A stretch of 63,852 nt of DNA from Octopus bimaculoides (GCF_001194135.2 NC_068997.1:21158302-21222153), one strand, 5' to 3'; counted from the stretch's first letter, positions 1-16,618 are shown. The notes: generated from the sequence alone by a model not told the origin. Translations and numbers: made by a program.

Positions 1-74
1 ATATATATATATATATATATACATAGGCACATGCATATAAAAACAATCAAGCCTGGTTTCTTTCGAATCGGTGA

Positions 75-265
75 GAGACCTCTACGTGATTGCTTGGCAT
101 CCTAAAAAGAGAACCCAAATCTCTGTCCTGTTCTTAGGAAAGAATACACAGATAGGGGAAAAAAATTAGATGGCCCCGTTTGCAATGATCCTTGGTCTGT
201 TCCGTCAGGCTGGAGCGAAGTGGGGTGGGCTTAACAACAACAACAGCAGCAACAATAACAACTAC
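75..265 (+). mobile_element. Degenerate (AAC)n-tailed retroposon fragment (family C)
   Basis: Loosely matches the copies at 21278 and 40490 (CCAAATCTC segment, 3' GGGCTTAACAACAACAAC tail). Confidence 0.45.
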
Positions 266-284
266 ACAATAGGACAATAAGTTT

Positions 285-733
285 TCTGTGTCGTTAAGAC
301 ATCGGTAAAAACGCCTTGCTGTATTTCTACGGGCTTTTTAAATTTATGGTTCAATTCCTGCCGGGGTTCACTTTACCTTGCATTCTTACAGGGCCGATAA
401 TAAAATAAAGTATCGGTCAAGTACAAGGATATTGATTAACACATTTATCCCTCAAAATTGCTGGCCTTGTGCTTAAATTTGTAACCGCTATTTGGCTTGT
501 GAACGATGAATTGGCATGATCGTTAGAGAGCCGGTAAAAATACCTTGCGGGTTCTTTCTTGCAGCTCTGTACATTCTAAGTTCAAATCCCGCTAAGGTCA
601 AAATGCTACCTTTTATCCTTCCGTGATTGATAATTAATAATTAATATAAAGTACCAGTCAAGTACTGGGGGCGATGGCATCGACTAACCTTATCTTGAAA
701 TCTTAGGTCTTGTTCCTGAATTAGAAGCAATTA
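285..733 (+). mobile_element. Two tandem degenerate tRNA-derived SINE-B copies (about 285-488 and 503-733)
   Basis: B-box-like GGTTCAATTCC and AAGTTCAAATCC, central TTTATCCTTCC..GATAA..AAGTACCAG segment, 3' GGCCTTGTGC..AAATTTG as in younger B copies. Confidence 0.75.
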
Positions 734-1189
734 TTTGCCTGTTTGTATGCTTGTGTATCTTTGGGTTTTTTGTTTTTTTGTGCAGGATTTAGTTTTCTTT
801 TTTCGTTTCATTTATTCCCCCATTGTTCTTTTTACTTTAAATGACGATATTACTGAGATTTCCCCCTCTCCTTCTTCCTTTCTTCCTTTCTTCCTTTCTT
901 TCTTTATAGTCAATCTTGTCTTCATTGCAAGTTCATTCATTTATGTTGTATTTATTATTGTTGTTGATGATGTTATACTTTGTCATTGTCGTTATTGCTG
1001 TTATTGTTATTGTTTGGGGGTTTTTGTTTTTTTTTATACGTGGATGCCGCCGTTGGTCGTTGTTTTTTTTTTGTTTTTTGTTTTTTTGTCTTTTAGCAGC
1101 AACATATATCGATAAAGCCGCTATACAATTAATTATCAACGGAGTTAAAGCTCACCTCAGAATTCAATAACCAGACAGCCATTACCCAT

Positions 1190-1378
1190 TACCTTACCAC
1201 CATCACCACCACCACCACCAACACCAACACCAACACTACAACTACCATCACTATCACGAACACTACCACCACCACCAACAAGAACAACACTACCACCACC
1301 ACCAGCAACACCAACACCACTACCATCAACAACAACTTAACCAACACAGACACACGTGCAAACCTACACATACAAACG

Positions 1379-1418
<40 letters not shown>

Positions 1419-1426
1419 CACACACA

Positions 1427-1472
<46 letters not shown>

Positions 1473-2060
1473 CATATACACACGCTTACTCACATATACA
1501 GAAAGTGTCACATACACACACATATACACGCATATACACAGAGGTACACAAAAACATATTCACTCACAACCGTTTACGCACACACATATACACACACACA
1601 TATACACACACACACATCATATACATGCACACATACCCCTATCCTCACAATGCTTCATTTTTATTATTTTTTTTTCAATAATTAATCTTAGTATTTTTTT
1701 AGGGTTTCTTTTTTTTGTTTTGCCTTTTGTTTTCTTTTGTTTTTTGGGGGCATTAAATTCCTCCTCACCCTGAATATCACCTAACCAACCACCCAACGAA
1801 CCAACCAGCCAACCAAGCAACCACCACCACCACCACCACTACTACTACTGCTCTTACCATCGCCACCACCATCATCATGGCGAGCAACAGCAAGAACAAC
1901 AACAGGAATAATAAGAACAATAAGACCAAGGACAATAACGGCGGGTGAAACAGAACAAATTGAACTCCAGGCATGATGGTGTGGTGGTGGTGGTGGTGGT
2001 GGTGGTCGTGGTCGTCGTCGTCGTCGTCGTCGTCGTGGCGGTGGTCGTAGTGAGGGAGAG
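1190..2060. repeat. Compound simple-repeat block: (CAC/CAA) mosaic, (CA)n, (TA)n, (ACCA)n, (GGT/GTC)n
   Basis: Directly visible repeat units. Confidence 0.9.
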
Positions 2061-2091
2061 AGGAAGGGAGGAGATGAATAAAATAAAACAA

Positions 2092-2097
<6 letters not shown>

Positions 2098-2126
<29 letters not shown>

Positions 2127-2384
2127 NNNNNNNNNNNNNNNNNNNNNNNNNNNNNNNNNNNNNNNNNNNNNNNNNNNNNNNNNNNNNNNNNNNNNNNNNN
2201 NNNNNNNNNNNNNNNNNNNNNNNNNNNNNNNNNNNNNNNNNNNNNNNNNNNNNNNNNNNNNNNNNNNNNNNNNNNNNNNNNNNNNNNNNNNNNNNNNNNN
2301 NNNNNNNNNNNNNNNNNNNNNNNNNNNNNNNNNNNNNNNNNNNNNNNNNNNNNNNNNNNNNNNNNNNNNNNNNNNNNNNNNNNN

Positions 2385-2417
<33 letters not shown>

Positions 2418-2730
2418 TAATAATAAAGTTAGCTCATTAAAATTTCCGTAACCCTGCAGTAATTAGCTTTACTTTGGAAATTATAACCAATAAAATGGGT
2501 GACAGGATCAGAATAGCACCGGAATATCGGAAAAGAAAAGAAAAACGACATTGGTCACCGTCTTCTACTTTTGCTTCTTGTAATTCTTCTTCTTCTTCTT
2601 CTTCTTCTTCTTCTTCTTCTTCTTCTTCTTCTTCGTTCCACTTCTTTTACTTCCTATGTTTCTCTGTACCCATATTTCTGTTAGATTTTTGCTTCCGCCT
2701 TTCTTTCCTCTTCCATTTTTCCTCTCTTTA

Positions 2731-2762
<32 letters not shown>

Positions 2763-3060
2763 TTGCCGTCTTTCTTTCTTTCTTCACTTATTTATTTGTT
2801 TCTTTCTTTCTTTCTTCATTGGTCTATTTTTCTGTCTTCAATTATACTTCTTCTCATTGTTCTCTTAATTTCTTTTAATTATCTCTTCTTTTTCTTCATC
2901 ATCATTCGCTTCATCTTCATCGAAGACATTATTGAGGTTGTCGTCGTCTTTGTCATCATCACTATCACGATTTTCTTCTTCTTCTTGTTCTTCTTCTTCT
3001 TCTTCTTCTTCTTCTTCTTCTTCTTCTTCTTCTTCTTCTTCTTCTTCTTCTTCTTCTATG
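2098..3060. repeat. (AAT)n spanning an N gap, followed by (TTC)n and (TTTC)n tracts
   Basis: Directly visible. Confidence 0.9.
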
Positions 3061-3344
3061 TAATATACTTTGCGTCAATGCTTCCTACGCCCATTTACTA
3101 GTCTTCACCATTATTCTACTAAAGTAGCATCTATCGGATTTCCGGGGATTTTGGTTTCCCGGATATTTTGTTTCGTTTCCTAGTTTTATATTTCCCTGTT
3201 TCATAAGGAACGATTCTAGACAAAAGAACTTCCATATTAATTATACTAATTAATAAATTTACAACTCCTTTTCAGTCTAAACTTTTACATAAGTGACCCC
3301 TTATATATTTCATAACTCGTTTATTTAGATTTTTTTTTTCTGGG

Positions 3345-3577
3345 TGGCGGTGAACTGGCAGAGTCGTTAGAGCATCGGACAACACGCTTTACGACATTTC
3401 TTCCGGTTCTTTTTCTTCCTGTTCTGTACCTTCTGAGTTCAAAAACGTCACCCAGGTAGACTCTTCCCTACATCCTCTCGGGCTCAATACAATATGTACC
3501 AGTTGAGTATTGGGGTCGATGTAAGCGATTTACCCCCTCCCCTAAATTACTGACCTTGTGCTAAAATTTGAAATCAT
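3345..3577 (+). mobile_element. SINE-B copy (GAAAC-type tail)
   Basis: Head GGCGGTGAACTGGCAGAGTCGTTAG, GAGTTCAAA B-box, GTACCAGTTGAGTATTGGGGTCGATGTAAGCGA, end ACCTTGTGCTAAAATTTGAAATC. Confidence 0.85.
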
Positions 3578-4059
3578 TGTATGTTGTTGGTGGTGGAGGA
3601 GAGTGCTTATGCTGGTATTATTGACGTTGTTTTGGCTCCAGGTTAGTTCTCAATCAACAGACTAATGATAACGTTGTCCGGACATTTTTATATATCTTAC
3701 GCTACATTGGCCAATCAAAGACGCTTTCTTTTCCTCAAAACAGAAATTTGTTTCTTAAACAGAAATTTTTAAAAAGGGACGAATTTCACAGTTTATTGAC
3801 CGCTGATCAGAGAAGATGTATCTGACTTCCTTTCCCAGTCAAGAGCATAAATCAGCTGATGCATAAAACAATCACGAATTAAGCTAGCACATAAATGGCT
3901 AGTTCATTTTGCATGTTTGTGCTTTTTCACTGCCCGTCATAAATTAAGTAATACCCAAGACTACTCACCATATATATCCTATTTCTTAAGCTGTTTAACA
4001 CTGTTGTTTTTGGTGGTTATGTGTGGTGGGTTAGGATGTGTTTGCAGTAATACTTAACA

Positions 4060-4225
4060 CCTAGTTACTCTGATCGAAGGTACCTATATTGGAAGGCACT
4101 CCAGCTATGATCATCTTGTCTTTTACATTCAGCCAAAGTGTATCCGGAAATACATTATCCAATGTGCTCTTCGGTTTTTGTTTTTCAAACATAATGGAAG
4201 ACGGGAAATTTGGATATTCTTCCTG
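4060..4225 (-). mobile_element. Family C retroposon fragment
   Basis: Reverse complement resembles the 3' body of the 21278 copy (GCACTCCAGCTATGATCATC..ACATTATCCAATGTG). Confidence 0.55.
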
Positions 4226-5016
4226 AGGAAAATGTCCTCCATTTGGCAGATTAAGTACTGAAAACTGTAGTTCATTAAATACTAATTATACCGTCTTTGG
4301 TATCTTCCAGGTAGTATCCAAAGGGACGAAATATTTGTTTTGCTTTCCAGAAATGTCGAAAATGTAATTACAACATCGTACGCATTTCATTGGGAACAGT
4401 GACTTATATCAAATTCTTTAAAGTATGGAACTGTTTCAATATACCACACAGGGGTGGGGAATGCTTAAATCGAAGAAAGTTAAAATTGTTGTTGACTCTC
4501 TACCTGTCCATGTGTTACTGTATCTCATAAGTGTTTGAAATTACAGATGAATGTAAGCGTTATAAATCTTTGAGTTGAGAAACCGTTTTTCAAGTTCAAT
4601 CTCCGCATTTCAAAGGGTTAATGAAGCGGGTAGCTGAACGTGATCTGCACACAGACCTTACTAAACTATATCTATGGGACTTTTTTTCTAAATATCTTAA
4701 CATACGCATCTATGCCCACATACACACATGCACACTTATTACGAACACTATTAAGAGGAATCGCACAACGGAACTTATAATTGGTCGTCACCTTTCGTGT
4801 AAAACGCGCGCGCGCGCACGCACACACACACACTCACACACACACGCACTGACAAATGTATGTGAACTTGCATCTATATATCTTCTATATAATTATATAC
4901 AGGTATAATTATCCCTTTACGCCTGTCTCTCTCGTTCTCTCTGTACGTATACATATGCACATATATAATATATATGTATATATGTGTATGTGTGTGTGTG
5001 TGTATTATATTATATT

Positions 5017-5222
<206 letters not shown>

Positions 5223-6739
5223 ATAGCAGTGTAGAGATGAAAGCTGAAATATCTATGAACATGTACATCTCTCTTTTTACTCTGCTAGAAGTAAAATGAG
5301 GAGTGCCAAGCAGAAAGTAAGCGTTTTATTTTTTTCCTGTCCTGGAGACTCAGAGAAGCGTCTGTATAAGATGCAAACACAGCAACGGTAACAGCGGTAG
5401 AACAGCACATTATCCACTCGCCTACCTACCCTGTGTTTATAAACACCACACTTCACCCCCTCGATATAATTCACATACATTCATCTTTGATTCAACTGCC
5501 ATTTTCGTCTGCTTTAATTTGTATCATTTACCTTACAACATTTATTCCTCCGTTCATTTACACCAATTCTCATTTTTGCAAACTGCTCGCCATTCTAATT
5601 GTCCGCATGTCACACATAGTTAGACTAGCAGTTAAGCATAACTCTAGTAATCTGTCGTCTGATTGATAGATCTATGGCTTAACTATACCCAGTCATAGTA
5701 TATATTAGTCATGTCTTCTAATTGACAAAAATGGTATTCCTGTCAAGTCAGTCTTACATTTTCTCTATGTTCTGATATAAATCCCACCCATATCTTTCAC
5801 CACCACCACTTTCACATACTTACACACACAATCTCTCTCTCTCTCCCTCTCCCTCTTTCTATCTTTCTTACTCCTCTCCCTATCTTTCTCTATCACATTC
5901 TACACTGTACACTTCTCTCTCTCTCTCTCTCTCTCGCTCTCTCTCTCTCACTGTTTCTCTTTCTTTCTCGACTTTCCAATCCAAGTAGCCATATCAGTCG
6001 AGCAGAGAGCATTCATCATTATTACTGAGTTTGTTACTACTAATTCAGTTGAAATGTTTTAACAGCAAGGAATTACTTTCACGGTCATTCTCTTTTTTGT
6101 TTCTTTTTTTCTCAATCTCTCTCTCACACTCCACACTCCCTCTCTCTCTCTCTCTCTATCTCTATCTCTCATTCTTTCCTTTCTTTTTTTTCTCGCATTC
6201 TCTTCCTCCTTTCGTTTCAACTGTTCGTATCTCGTATTTGAAACCATTTTGTCACTACAACTCTTTAATGGCTTCATCAGATTATCGTCTGCCAGCCTAA
6301 TGCAATTAGATGTAATATTTTCTTTCTCTTTTTTTTTTGCCTTTTTTATTATCATTTTGTATTCTTTTTTCGCTCCTCTCTCTCTCTCTCTCTCTCTCCC
6401 TCTCTGTTACTCTCCTCTTTCATTGCCTACGTAGTTCCTTTTGCCAATCTTACGTTCTTATATTTATAATAATGACGCTGACAGCCCCGAGTAATAATTC
6501 TTACCTTTCTTTCCTTTGACAAACTGTTGCAGTTTCACCATCAACTTCACCAACTATAAATTCCAACCATTACCAACTTCCACCGCCATGGCCACCTCCA
6601 ATCACTATCATTATTACAATCGCAACTCCTATCATTTCTACAACCACTGCTACTTTCACAATTTCCATTAATGGCATCAACACGAGCTCTACAATGGTCT
6701 TCACCATATACTATCACGCGCATTCATAATAACAGTACA

Positions 6740-6818
6740 ATGTGTGTGTGTGAGAGTGAGTGTGCATGTAGGTGTGTGCAATTGTATGTTTGCGCTTGTG
6801 TTTATCTAGCTATCTCTA

Positions 6819-6852
<34 letters not shown>

Positions 6853-6913
6853 CCCATCTATCTATATATCTATCTCTATATGTACACACACACGCACACA
6901 CACACACACACAT

Positions 6914-6995
<82 letters not shown>

Positions 6996-8070
6996 ACATA
7001 TAGAGATAGATAGATAGGTAGATAGATGGGTAGATAGATAGATAGATGTACATATATATATATACATACATACATACATACATATTATACATACCATTAC
7101 AAGCACTAACTAGCGTTACAGCAGCCAGCAGTGATGACAGCCCACTGTCATAGCAAATATTATGTCAAGTATTATTATTAACAATCACATCATTAACATC
7201 TCACCTAATCGCCACCATTACAACAACTATGATCACCCAAAAACATCACCATGACCACAATCACTGCCACCATCAACGCCATCATCACCATCACCACCAT
7301 TATCACCATCAGCACCACCGTCACCATACCCCCTGCCAACCCCAAAACCGCACCACGATTCTCACTACACCAACTCAACCACCACTGTCATATTATACAC
7401 ACCATAATGCCACCGGCAATGCCAAATCTTAATCGTCACTGTCACAACAACTACCACCACCATGGCTGTCCCCTATTGTAACTACATCACAATGCCCCTA
7501 ACTACCACAACTGCCATTACCAACACTACTGCCACTAATAATAATAATACCACCACCACCACCATTACAATAATATCTTCCCAAAATTATCGCAGCTCCC
7601 ATCCCGCCATATGTAGTATCAAATGCTAAAACATTCCACCAATCAAGCCCTAAAACCCAGTCACGACAATACAGACAGTTTCACCCTCAATACCTTTACA
7701 GTAAGACTATACAACCAAACTCAATCCCTACCACATCAATGCCATCACATTACCCTTGCTTTTGCCGTCATTACCACCACCACTACCACCCCCACTACTG
7801 CCACCCCCACTACTGCCACCCCCACCACCGCTACCAGCGTCCCACCCCATAATCATTAGCAACAACAGTAACAACATAGTAGCCCCAAATAACACCAATA
7901 TAAACATTGCCACCATTAACAATGCCAACATCAGTACCATTACTATCACAAACCCCCATAACAACAACAGCAACATTACTAAGTCATATACAACATCAAT
8001 ACCAGCAGGACCAACAATGACAGCAGCAGCAGCAGTAGCAGCTAGAACAAAACAAAACTAAGACAAAAGA
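6740..8070. repeat. Compound (TATC)/(CA)/(TA)/(AGAT) microsatellite followed by a ~0.9 kb ACC/ATC/AAC trinucleotide mosaic
   Basis: Directly visible; includes a 15-bp unit (ACCCCCACTACTGCC-like) three times near 7785-7830. Confidence 0.85.
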
Positions 8071-8589
8071 AAAATAATAATAATAAAAAAGAAGCTAACA
8101 ACGGTAGATTATTAATCTTCTCTCTTTATAACTTGATTCAGATCAGATTGACTACGTTCGGAAGACTGGCTTTATCCGTTGAAGATCAGAGACAACTTAG
8201 TTGTTAAAAAATAAAAATGAAAAATAAAAATTAAAAAAAAAACAAAACAAAACGGAAAGCAAAAACAAAAAAAGCAAATCACCCTAACAAACAAAGAAAC
8301 TAGTGCAATATTTCAGAGTATCCAGGGAATTTAGGTCCATTGACAAACCTCAGATTTTTTTTTTTTTTAGGAACTTTCAACAATGCAGCAAATATGTCTG
8401 CAAGTACGTTGCTAGATAGCTTTATGTTTTATCTCTAAATATATACAACCATCCACAAAGAAAAAAAGAAAAAAGAAACAATCAAAATGTCGCCGTTTAA
8501 TTTCTGTTTGCATTCTAATCCTTATTCCTCTTTAACCTTTTTTTTTTTCAATATTATATTTCGTTTCCATTATGGGTTTTTTTTTCCAG

Positions 8590-9781
<1,192 letters not shown>

Positions 9782-10164
9782 TTTGGTGGGTTTGAGGACA
9801 GTTGACCCTGTGAGACTGGAACTAAGACGATAAAAGGAATGCTAAGGTGATTCGACAGAAGATCTGATATTTTGGTATTAGGATGGCCCAACAGTCTTCA
9901 GTTATTATGGAACGCAGAACGCTTAGGGAAACATTTAACAGGAATGAATGTTTTCTGAAGAGAAAACGTAATGTGTTCGATTGAAATTCTCTATCTTTTA
10001 CTGCTTCCATTCGACTTCCCTTCTTACCATTACCTTGGTATTTTGTTCCATAGTGAACAGGATACGTACCAGTAATTTACGTTGGTCCATGCCGTCAACA
10101 GCCTTCTGTTACACATTAGAGAATCGTATTACTTTCGCAGATCCACCAAAGCCACCGCTTTTAT

Positions 10165-10784
10165 CAACGACGCCATCGTCGTCGTCATAATAATAATAAC
10201 AATAATAATAATAACAATAATAATAATAACAATAATAATAATAATCATAATAATAATCATCCTTACCGACTAACACCACCACCACCACCACCAGCCCCCA
10301 TCAGCACCCTCAGAATTGTCATCATTATAACCAGCATCATCATCTTCATCATCCTCATTATCATAACCATGACCACCACCACCGCCACCACTGTCATCAT
10401 CGTCGTTCACGTCGTCATCGCTTTGCTGAAGATAATTACTGCTATTGTCATCGCATCCTTTATAATTGTAACTGCAAGAGAAGTAAAAATATCGATAAGT
10501 CAACAACCCCCTCCCTCCCTCCACACCCACAACCCCCACAGCACCACCAACACCAACATCACCGTCCTCCTCCTCCTCCTCCTCATCATCATCATCATCA
10601 TCTTAGTCAGCAACTTTATCATCATCACCATGTTGTCATCGTTGTCATCACTGCGATAATCATACGGTAATCACAACCATTTCTTCCCCTCCTCCTCTTC
10701 TTCTTCTTCTTCTTCTTCTTCTTTTTCTTCTTCTTCTTTTTCTTCTTCGTCATCGTCGATGACAAAAATACCATCATCATCATC

Positions 10785-10816
<32 letters not shown>

Positions 10817-10935
10817 CGTCGTCGTCATCGTCATCATCATCATCATCATCATCAGTATCATCATCATCATCGTCATCATCATCATCATCATCATCATCGT
10901 CATCATCATCATCATCATCATCATCATCGTCATCA

Positions 10936-10966
<31 letters not shown>

Positions 10967-11190
10967 CAGCATTGTCATTTATCCTCGTTACTCTCGTTCA
11001 AGTCGTCGCCACTCTTCTGTCTTACCGTCATCATTAACTGGCACCTCTACCACCATCACCACCACCATGGCCAGCACTACTACTACTACTACTACTCAAC
11101 ATTGTCTCTGCCGCTACCACTACCACCACTACCACCACCGCCACCGCCATCATTATCGTCCACATCAGTAGCAATATCCATAACCTTCAT
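10165..11190. repeat. Trinucleotide mosaic island (AAT, ACC, ATC, GTC, TTC, ACT)
   Basis: Directly visible. Confidence 0.9.
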
Positions 11191-11326
11191 TACACGCGAT
11201 TTCCTAACGAGTTCATTTTTCACGGATCAATATTCGTCTGGAAAGTATAAACGTCACAGCAGTTTGATCTGTTATCCTCCCCTTCGCAATGTCCGTGTGT
11301 GAGGAGGATTGATGGGGGTGTAAATT

Positions 11327-11329
<3 letters not shown>

Positions 11330-11368
<39 letters not shown>

Positions 11369-11971
11369 CAAGGAAGGCGGAAAATTTGTATAACTTTGTA
11401 TGCGTATGTGTATGAATGTGTGTGTGTAAGTGTGTATAGGTCAGAGAGAGAGAGAGGGGGGAGAGGAGAGACGCAGGGTGTATGAGTGTATATGTGTGTG
11501 TGTAATAAGGGCATGATTGTTATGCAGTATATTAACCCGACCCCCATGGCGAGTTCCAGGATTCGGCTCTTTATATGGTTGTTTGTCTTTGAACGGGTGC
11601 TCGGGTGTATCCTGCATTGTGTTGTTTGTGTATGCATCTGTGTGTGTGTGGGNNNNNNNNNNNNNNNNNNNNNNNNNNNNNNNNNNNNNNNNNNNNGGGG
11701 GGGGGGGCGTTAATGTGTGTGTGTGCGTGAGTGTGTGTGTATGCGTATGTGTGCGTGTGTGTGTGTGTGCGTGACCTGAACTTTTAACTACCTCTCTCCC
11801 GTTATATCACATATTACCAAAGTATGGTTGTCTTGTACTCCTAGTCTCTCTCTTTCTTTCTTTCTCTCTGTCTCTCTCTTTCTTTCTGTATATGTATTGG
11901 TTCGTGTGTGTGAGTATGTATATGTATGTATGTGCATATATGCATGTTACATTTGTTTGTGTGCGTGTATG

Positions 11972-12051
<80 letters not shown>

Positions 12052-12161
12052 CATATACATATATATATGTGCACATGTACATGTTACAACTGGGTGTATA
12101 TGTGTGTGCTTGTGTGTGTATACGTGCGTGCGTGAATGTGTGTGTGCGTGTGTGTGTGTGT

Positions 12162-12200
<39 letters not shown>

Positions 12201-13142
12201 NNNNNNNNNNNNNNNNNNNNNNNNNNNNNNNNNNNNNNNNNNNNNNNNNNNNNNNNNNNNNNNNNNNNNNNNNNNNNNNNNNNNNNNNNNNNNNNNNNNN
12301 NNNNNNNNNNNNNNNNNNNNNNNNNNNNNNNNNNNNNNNNNNNNNNNNNNNNNNNNNNNNNNNNNNNNNNNNNNNNNNNNNNNNNNNNNNNNNNNNNNNN
12401 NNNNNNNNNNNNNNNNNNNNNNNNNNNNNNNNNNNNNNNNNNNNNNNNNNNNNNNNNNNNNNNNNNNNNNNNNNNNNNNNNNNNNNNNNNNNNNNNNNNN
12501 NNNNNNNNNNNNNNNNNNNNNNNNNNNNNNNNNNNNNNNNNNNNNNNNNNNNNNNNNNNNNNNNNNNNNNNNNNNNNNNNNNNNNNNNNNNNNNNNNNNN
12601 NNNNNNNNNNNNNNNNNNNNNNNNNNNNNNNNNNNNNNNNNNNNNNNNNNNNNNNNNNNNNNNNNNNNNNNNNNNNNNNNNNNNNNNNNNNNNNNNNNNN
12701 NNNNNNNNNNNNNNNNNNNNNNNNNNNNNNNNNNNNNNNNNNNNNNNNNNNNNNNNNNNNNNNNNNNNNNNNNNNNNNNNNNNNNNNNNNNNNNNNNNNN
12801 NNNNNNNNNNNNNNNNNNNNNNNNNNNNNNNNNNNNNNNNNNNNNNNNNNNNNNNNNNNNNNNNNNNNNNNNNNNNNNNNNNNNNNNNNNNNNNNNNNNN
12901 NNNNNNNNNNNNNNNNNNNNNNNNNNNNNNNNNNNNNNNNNNNNNNNNNNNNNNNNNNNNNNNNNNNNNNNNNNNNNNNNNNNNNNNNNNNNNNNNNNNN
13001 NNNNNNNNNNNNNNNNNNNNNNNNNNNNNNNNNNNNNNNNNNNNNNNNNNNNNNNNNNNNNNNNNNNNNNNNNGTGTATGTGACCGTAAATATATTGTGT
13101 GTATGCGCGTGTGTGGGGGTGTATACATACTCATATACATAC

Positions 13143-13206
<64 letters not shown>

Positions 13207-14485
13207 CTATCTATTTGCGTAATGCACACGGTTCACACATGCACACATATATGTATGTATACTCATACTTATATACAGATATATAGATGTGTGTGTGTAT
13301 GTGTATGTGTACATGTGTCTTCGTGTGTCTGTGTGAATATAAATATATATATATATATAATATGTAGGCATACATATGCGTATTATAGACATATTACACG
13401 CATATGCATCGTACAAAGTATTTCTAAAAACTAAATAAATATAGCTAATAAAACTTTGACCCATGACGAGATGAAACAAATTTATGCCCGTGTATATACA
13501 CACGTACAAAAACACACACACACACACACACACACAAACGCACATGCACACACGCACACACATACATTGACCCACACGCACGACGCATATCCATATAAAT
13601 CTATATGTACCAAAATGCTTACATATATACATGTATATATNNNNNNNNNNNNNNNNNNNNNNNNNNNNNNNNNNNNNNNNNNNNNNNNNNNNNNNNNNNN
13701 NNNNNNNNNNNNNNNNNNNNNNNNNNNNNNNNNNNNNNNNNNNNNNNNNNNNNNNNNNNNNNNNNNNNNNNNNNNNNNNNNNNNNNNNNNNNNNNNNNNN
13801 NNNNNNNNNNNNNNNNNNNNNNNNNNNNNNNNNNNNNNNNNNNNNNNNNNNNNNNNNNNNNNNNNNNNNNNNNNNNNNNNNNNNNNNNNNNNNNNNNNNN
13901 NNNNNNNNNNNNNNNNNNNNNNNNNNNNNNNNNNNNNNNNNNNNNNNNNNNNNNNNNNNNNNNNNNNNNNNNNNNNNNNNNNNNNNNNNNNNNNNNNNNN
14001 NNNNNNNNNNNNNNNNNNNNNNNNNNNNNNNNNNNNNNNNNNNNNNNNNNNNNNNNNNNNNNNNNNNNNNNNNNNNNNNNNNNNNNNNNNNNNNNNNNNN
14101 NNNNNNNNNNNNNNNNNNNNNNNNNNNNNNNNNNNNNNNNNNNNNNNNNNNNNNNNNNNNNNNNNNNNNNNNNNNNNNNNNNNNNNNNNNNNNNNNNNNN
14201 NNNNNNNNNNNNNNNNNNNNNNNNNNNNNNNNNNNNNNNNNNNNNNNNNNNNNNNNNNNNNNNNNNNNNNNNNNNNNNNNNNNNNNNNNNNNNNNNNNNN
14301 NNNNNNNNNNNNNNNNNNNNNNNNNNNNNNNNNNNNNNNNNNNNNNNNNNNNNNNNNNNNNNNNNNNNNNNNNNNNNNNNNNNNNNNNNNNNNNNNNNNN
14401 NNNNNNNNNNNNNNNNNNTATCATACACAACTTATATTAGTTTGACACTCAAGAAATTTATATATGTGTGTATATATCAATATCA

Positions 14486-14551
<66 letters not shown>

Positions 14552-15067
14552 CCTCTAAATACCAAGTTCTATGCGAGCAGAGTAAACAGTTTTGTAACAT
14601 ATACCGCTGTTAGGAGTGGAATGACTCAAAACGTTACATGAATTAGAGAATCCGATATCTTTTCGTGTTATTCCAAGATCTGTCAATCTTGCGCGTTTGA
14701 CTATACTTCGCTAACGAGGTTATAATAAATCTGAAACATGGACCCGGATTGTCAACCTGTTGTCCATGATTAGATTCATCTACCATTATATTTCACATTT
14801 GATTATTATTTGATTAATATTTCACCTAAACTTGGATCAAGTACGAAAAGAGCCGGGACAAATGCGATAAGACATTTTTGTTTCTGATCCCTGCTAGTTT
14901 TTCTGCTAATCCGATCCCGCTTTACTGATAATCATGAGAGTTTCCTAACGTAGGCGTAATTTCAATACCGTTTCAGAAGGAAACAGTAGCTTTTATCGAC
15001 CTTCAGTATTGAATGCTAACCTATTTTATCGAACGGAGAGTGATTAAACGTACAGATGACCTCCACA

Positions 15068-15144
<77 letters not shown>

Positions 15145-15200
15145 CGCACGCACACACACACATATATATGTGTGTATGTATTTATATATGCATTTAATTA
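11330..15200. repeat. Dinucleotide-rich block ((GA)n, (GT)n, (AT)n, (AC)n, (AGAT)n) with three N gaps and short unique islands
   Basis: Directly visible. Confidence 0.85.
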
Positions 15201-16618
15201 TGTGTGTATGTATTGTGAAGGTGAACTGTACTTATAATCTCTCCAGGGTCAGTCAATAAATTAAATAAGGCACCATTCAATACTAAGAAGCGATATAACC
15301 CTTCTCAGGTGTTACTGATTTCAGTCTATGTTAGAAAACTAGTATGCCTATTTTTAAACTGGAGTTGCATTAGTACTAAAAGATTAGAACGTCCGATACA
15401 AAATGCTTTGCGGTATTTTTTTTTTCTTTTCCTTGTTTTCGGGTCTGTAAATACTGGTTGCAAAATCGTGACAGAAACGATTTCGCATTTGATCTCAATT
15501 CAAATGAAATAAAAATCAAATATCAAAATACAACGGTTAGTAAGTCTGATCTTCAGCAATATGACGAAAAGTCGGAGCACGTTTCGGATTTATAGAACCT
15601 CGTTATTACAGCATCGTGTAACTCCCTAAACTTCTAGATATTTGACTAACTTGGACAGATATCAGATTCTAATTCATGTAGTTGTCATTGATAATGGACC
15701 ATACCACCCACTCGCCTCCAAGAAAAGATTGAATGTCACAACAGTCCATTTCCTCCACTCGAATATAACTTGAGATTTAATGTGTATATAAGTAAACGCC
15801 AGTATCAATAAGGCGGTATATTTTAACTTGGGCTGATGATTATTGAGGCCGAGACCGATCTTTGCCTTTCATTATTCTGAGGTCGATAAAATAAGTGTCA
15901 GTAAGGTAATGGAGTCAATTATATCGATTATATTTCCTTAAAAAGAATCCTTGTTTCTAGGCAAAAGGAAAACCATTATTAACGTTGTTGATATTATTGA
16001 TTTCTCCCTCCCCTCTCCCTCTTCTCTCTCTCTTCTCTTCTCCCTCTCTCTTTCTTTCTCTCTCTCTCATTAACACACTTGGGTAAGTCGATAACTGGGT
16101 CAGCCTACATACCGAAGGTTTGACTGTTCGCATCCTTTCGTCGTTGTTGTCGTAGTGTTGTCGTCGTTGTAGCTTCGTCGTTGCCGCCGTCGTCGTCGTC
16201 GTCGTCGGCACCACTGCATTTAAGTTTTCATAGGATAAGAAATGAGAGTTGAAACTCGCCAAATAAATAAGCTTACCTATCCGTAACTTAGCTGAAGTAT
16301 TTTACAACTGACGGGTACTTTCTTTGACTTATAATGTTTAGATGAAACAGAACACGACAGACATCTCTCAACTGGGTCGCTCTCATAGAAGAACATTCAT
16401 ATTTCTCACTGATTTGTCTTCATGGGAAAAAAGATAGGCTTCTCCCAACTGGCTTGCTCTAACGGAAAGAAGATAGACCTTTTCCAACAGGCTTGCTTTA
16501 AGACTCACTCCATAAGGACGAAGTTTTCAGTAAGACGAGGCAGCAAATCTTCTTGCATGATCGTGAGATGTGCCAAACGCTATTTCAATGAATGCAAATT
16601 ACAAAGTAGACTTTTGAC

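Noticed and set aside
735-3101. Poly-V/H/S/F ORFs
   Set aside because: Direct translations of microsatellites with no supporting splice or homology signal.
4430-4700. Possible DNA-transposon fragment ending AAAGGGTTAA
   Set aside because: No partner TIR or coding remnant that I can identify.
16509-16579. 71-nt minus-strand segment with a GTGAGT donor (RLAHLTIMQEDLLPRLTENFVLME)
   Set aside because: Acceptor is weak and nothing independent supports it; check only if RNA-seq shows the minus-strand gene.
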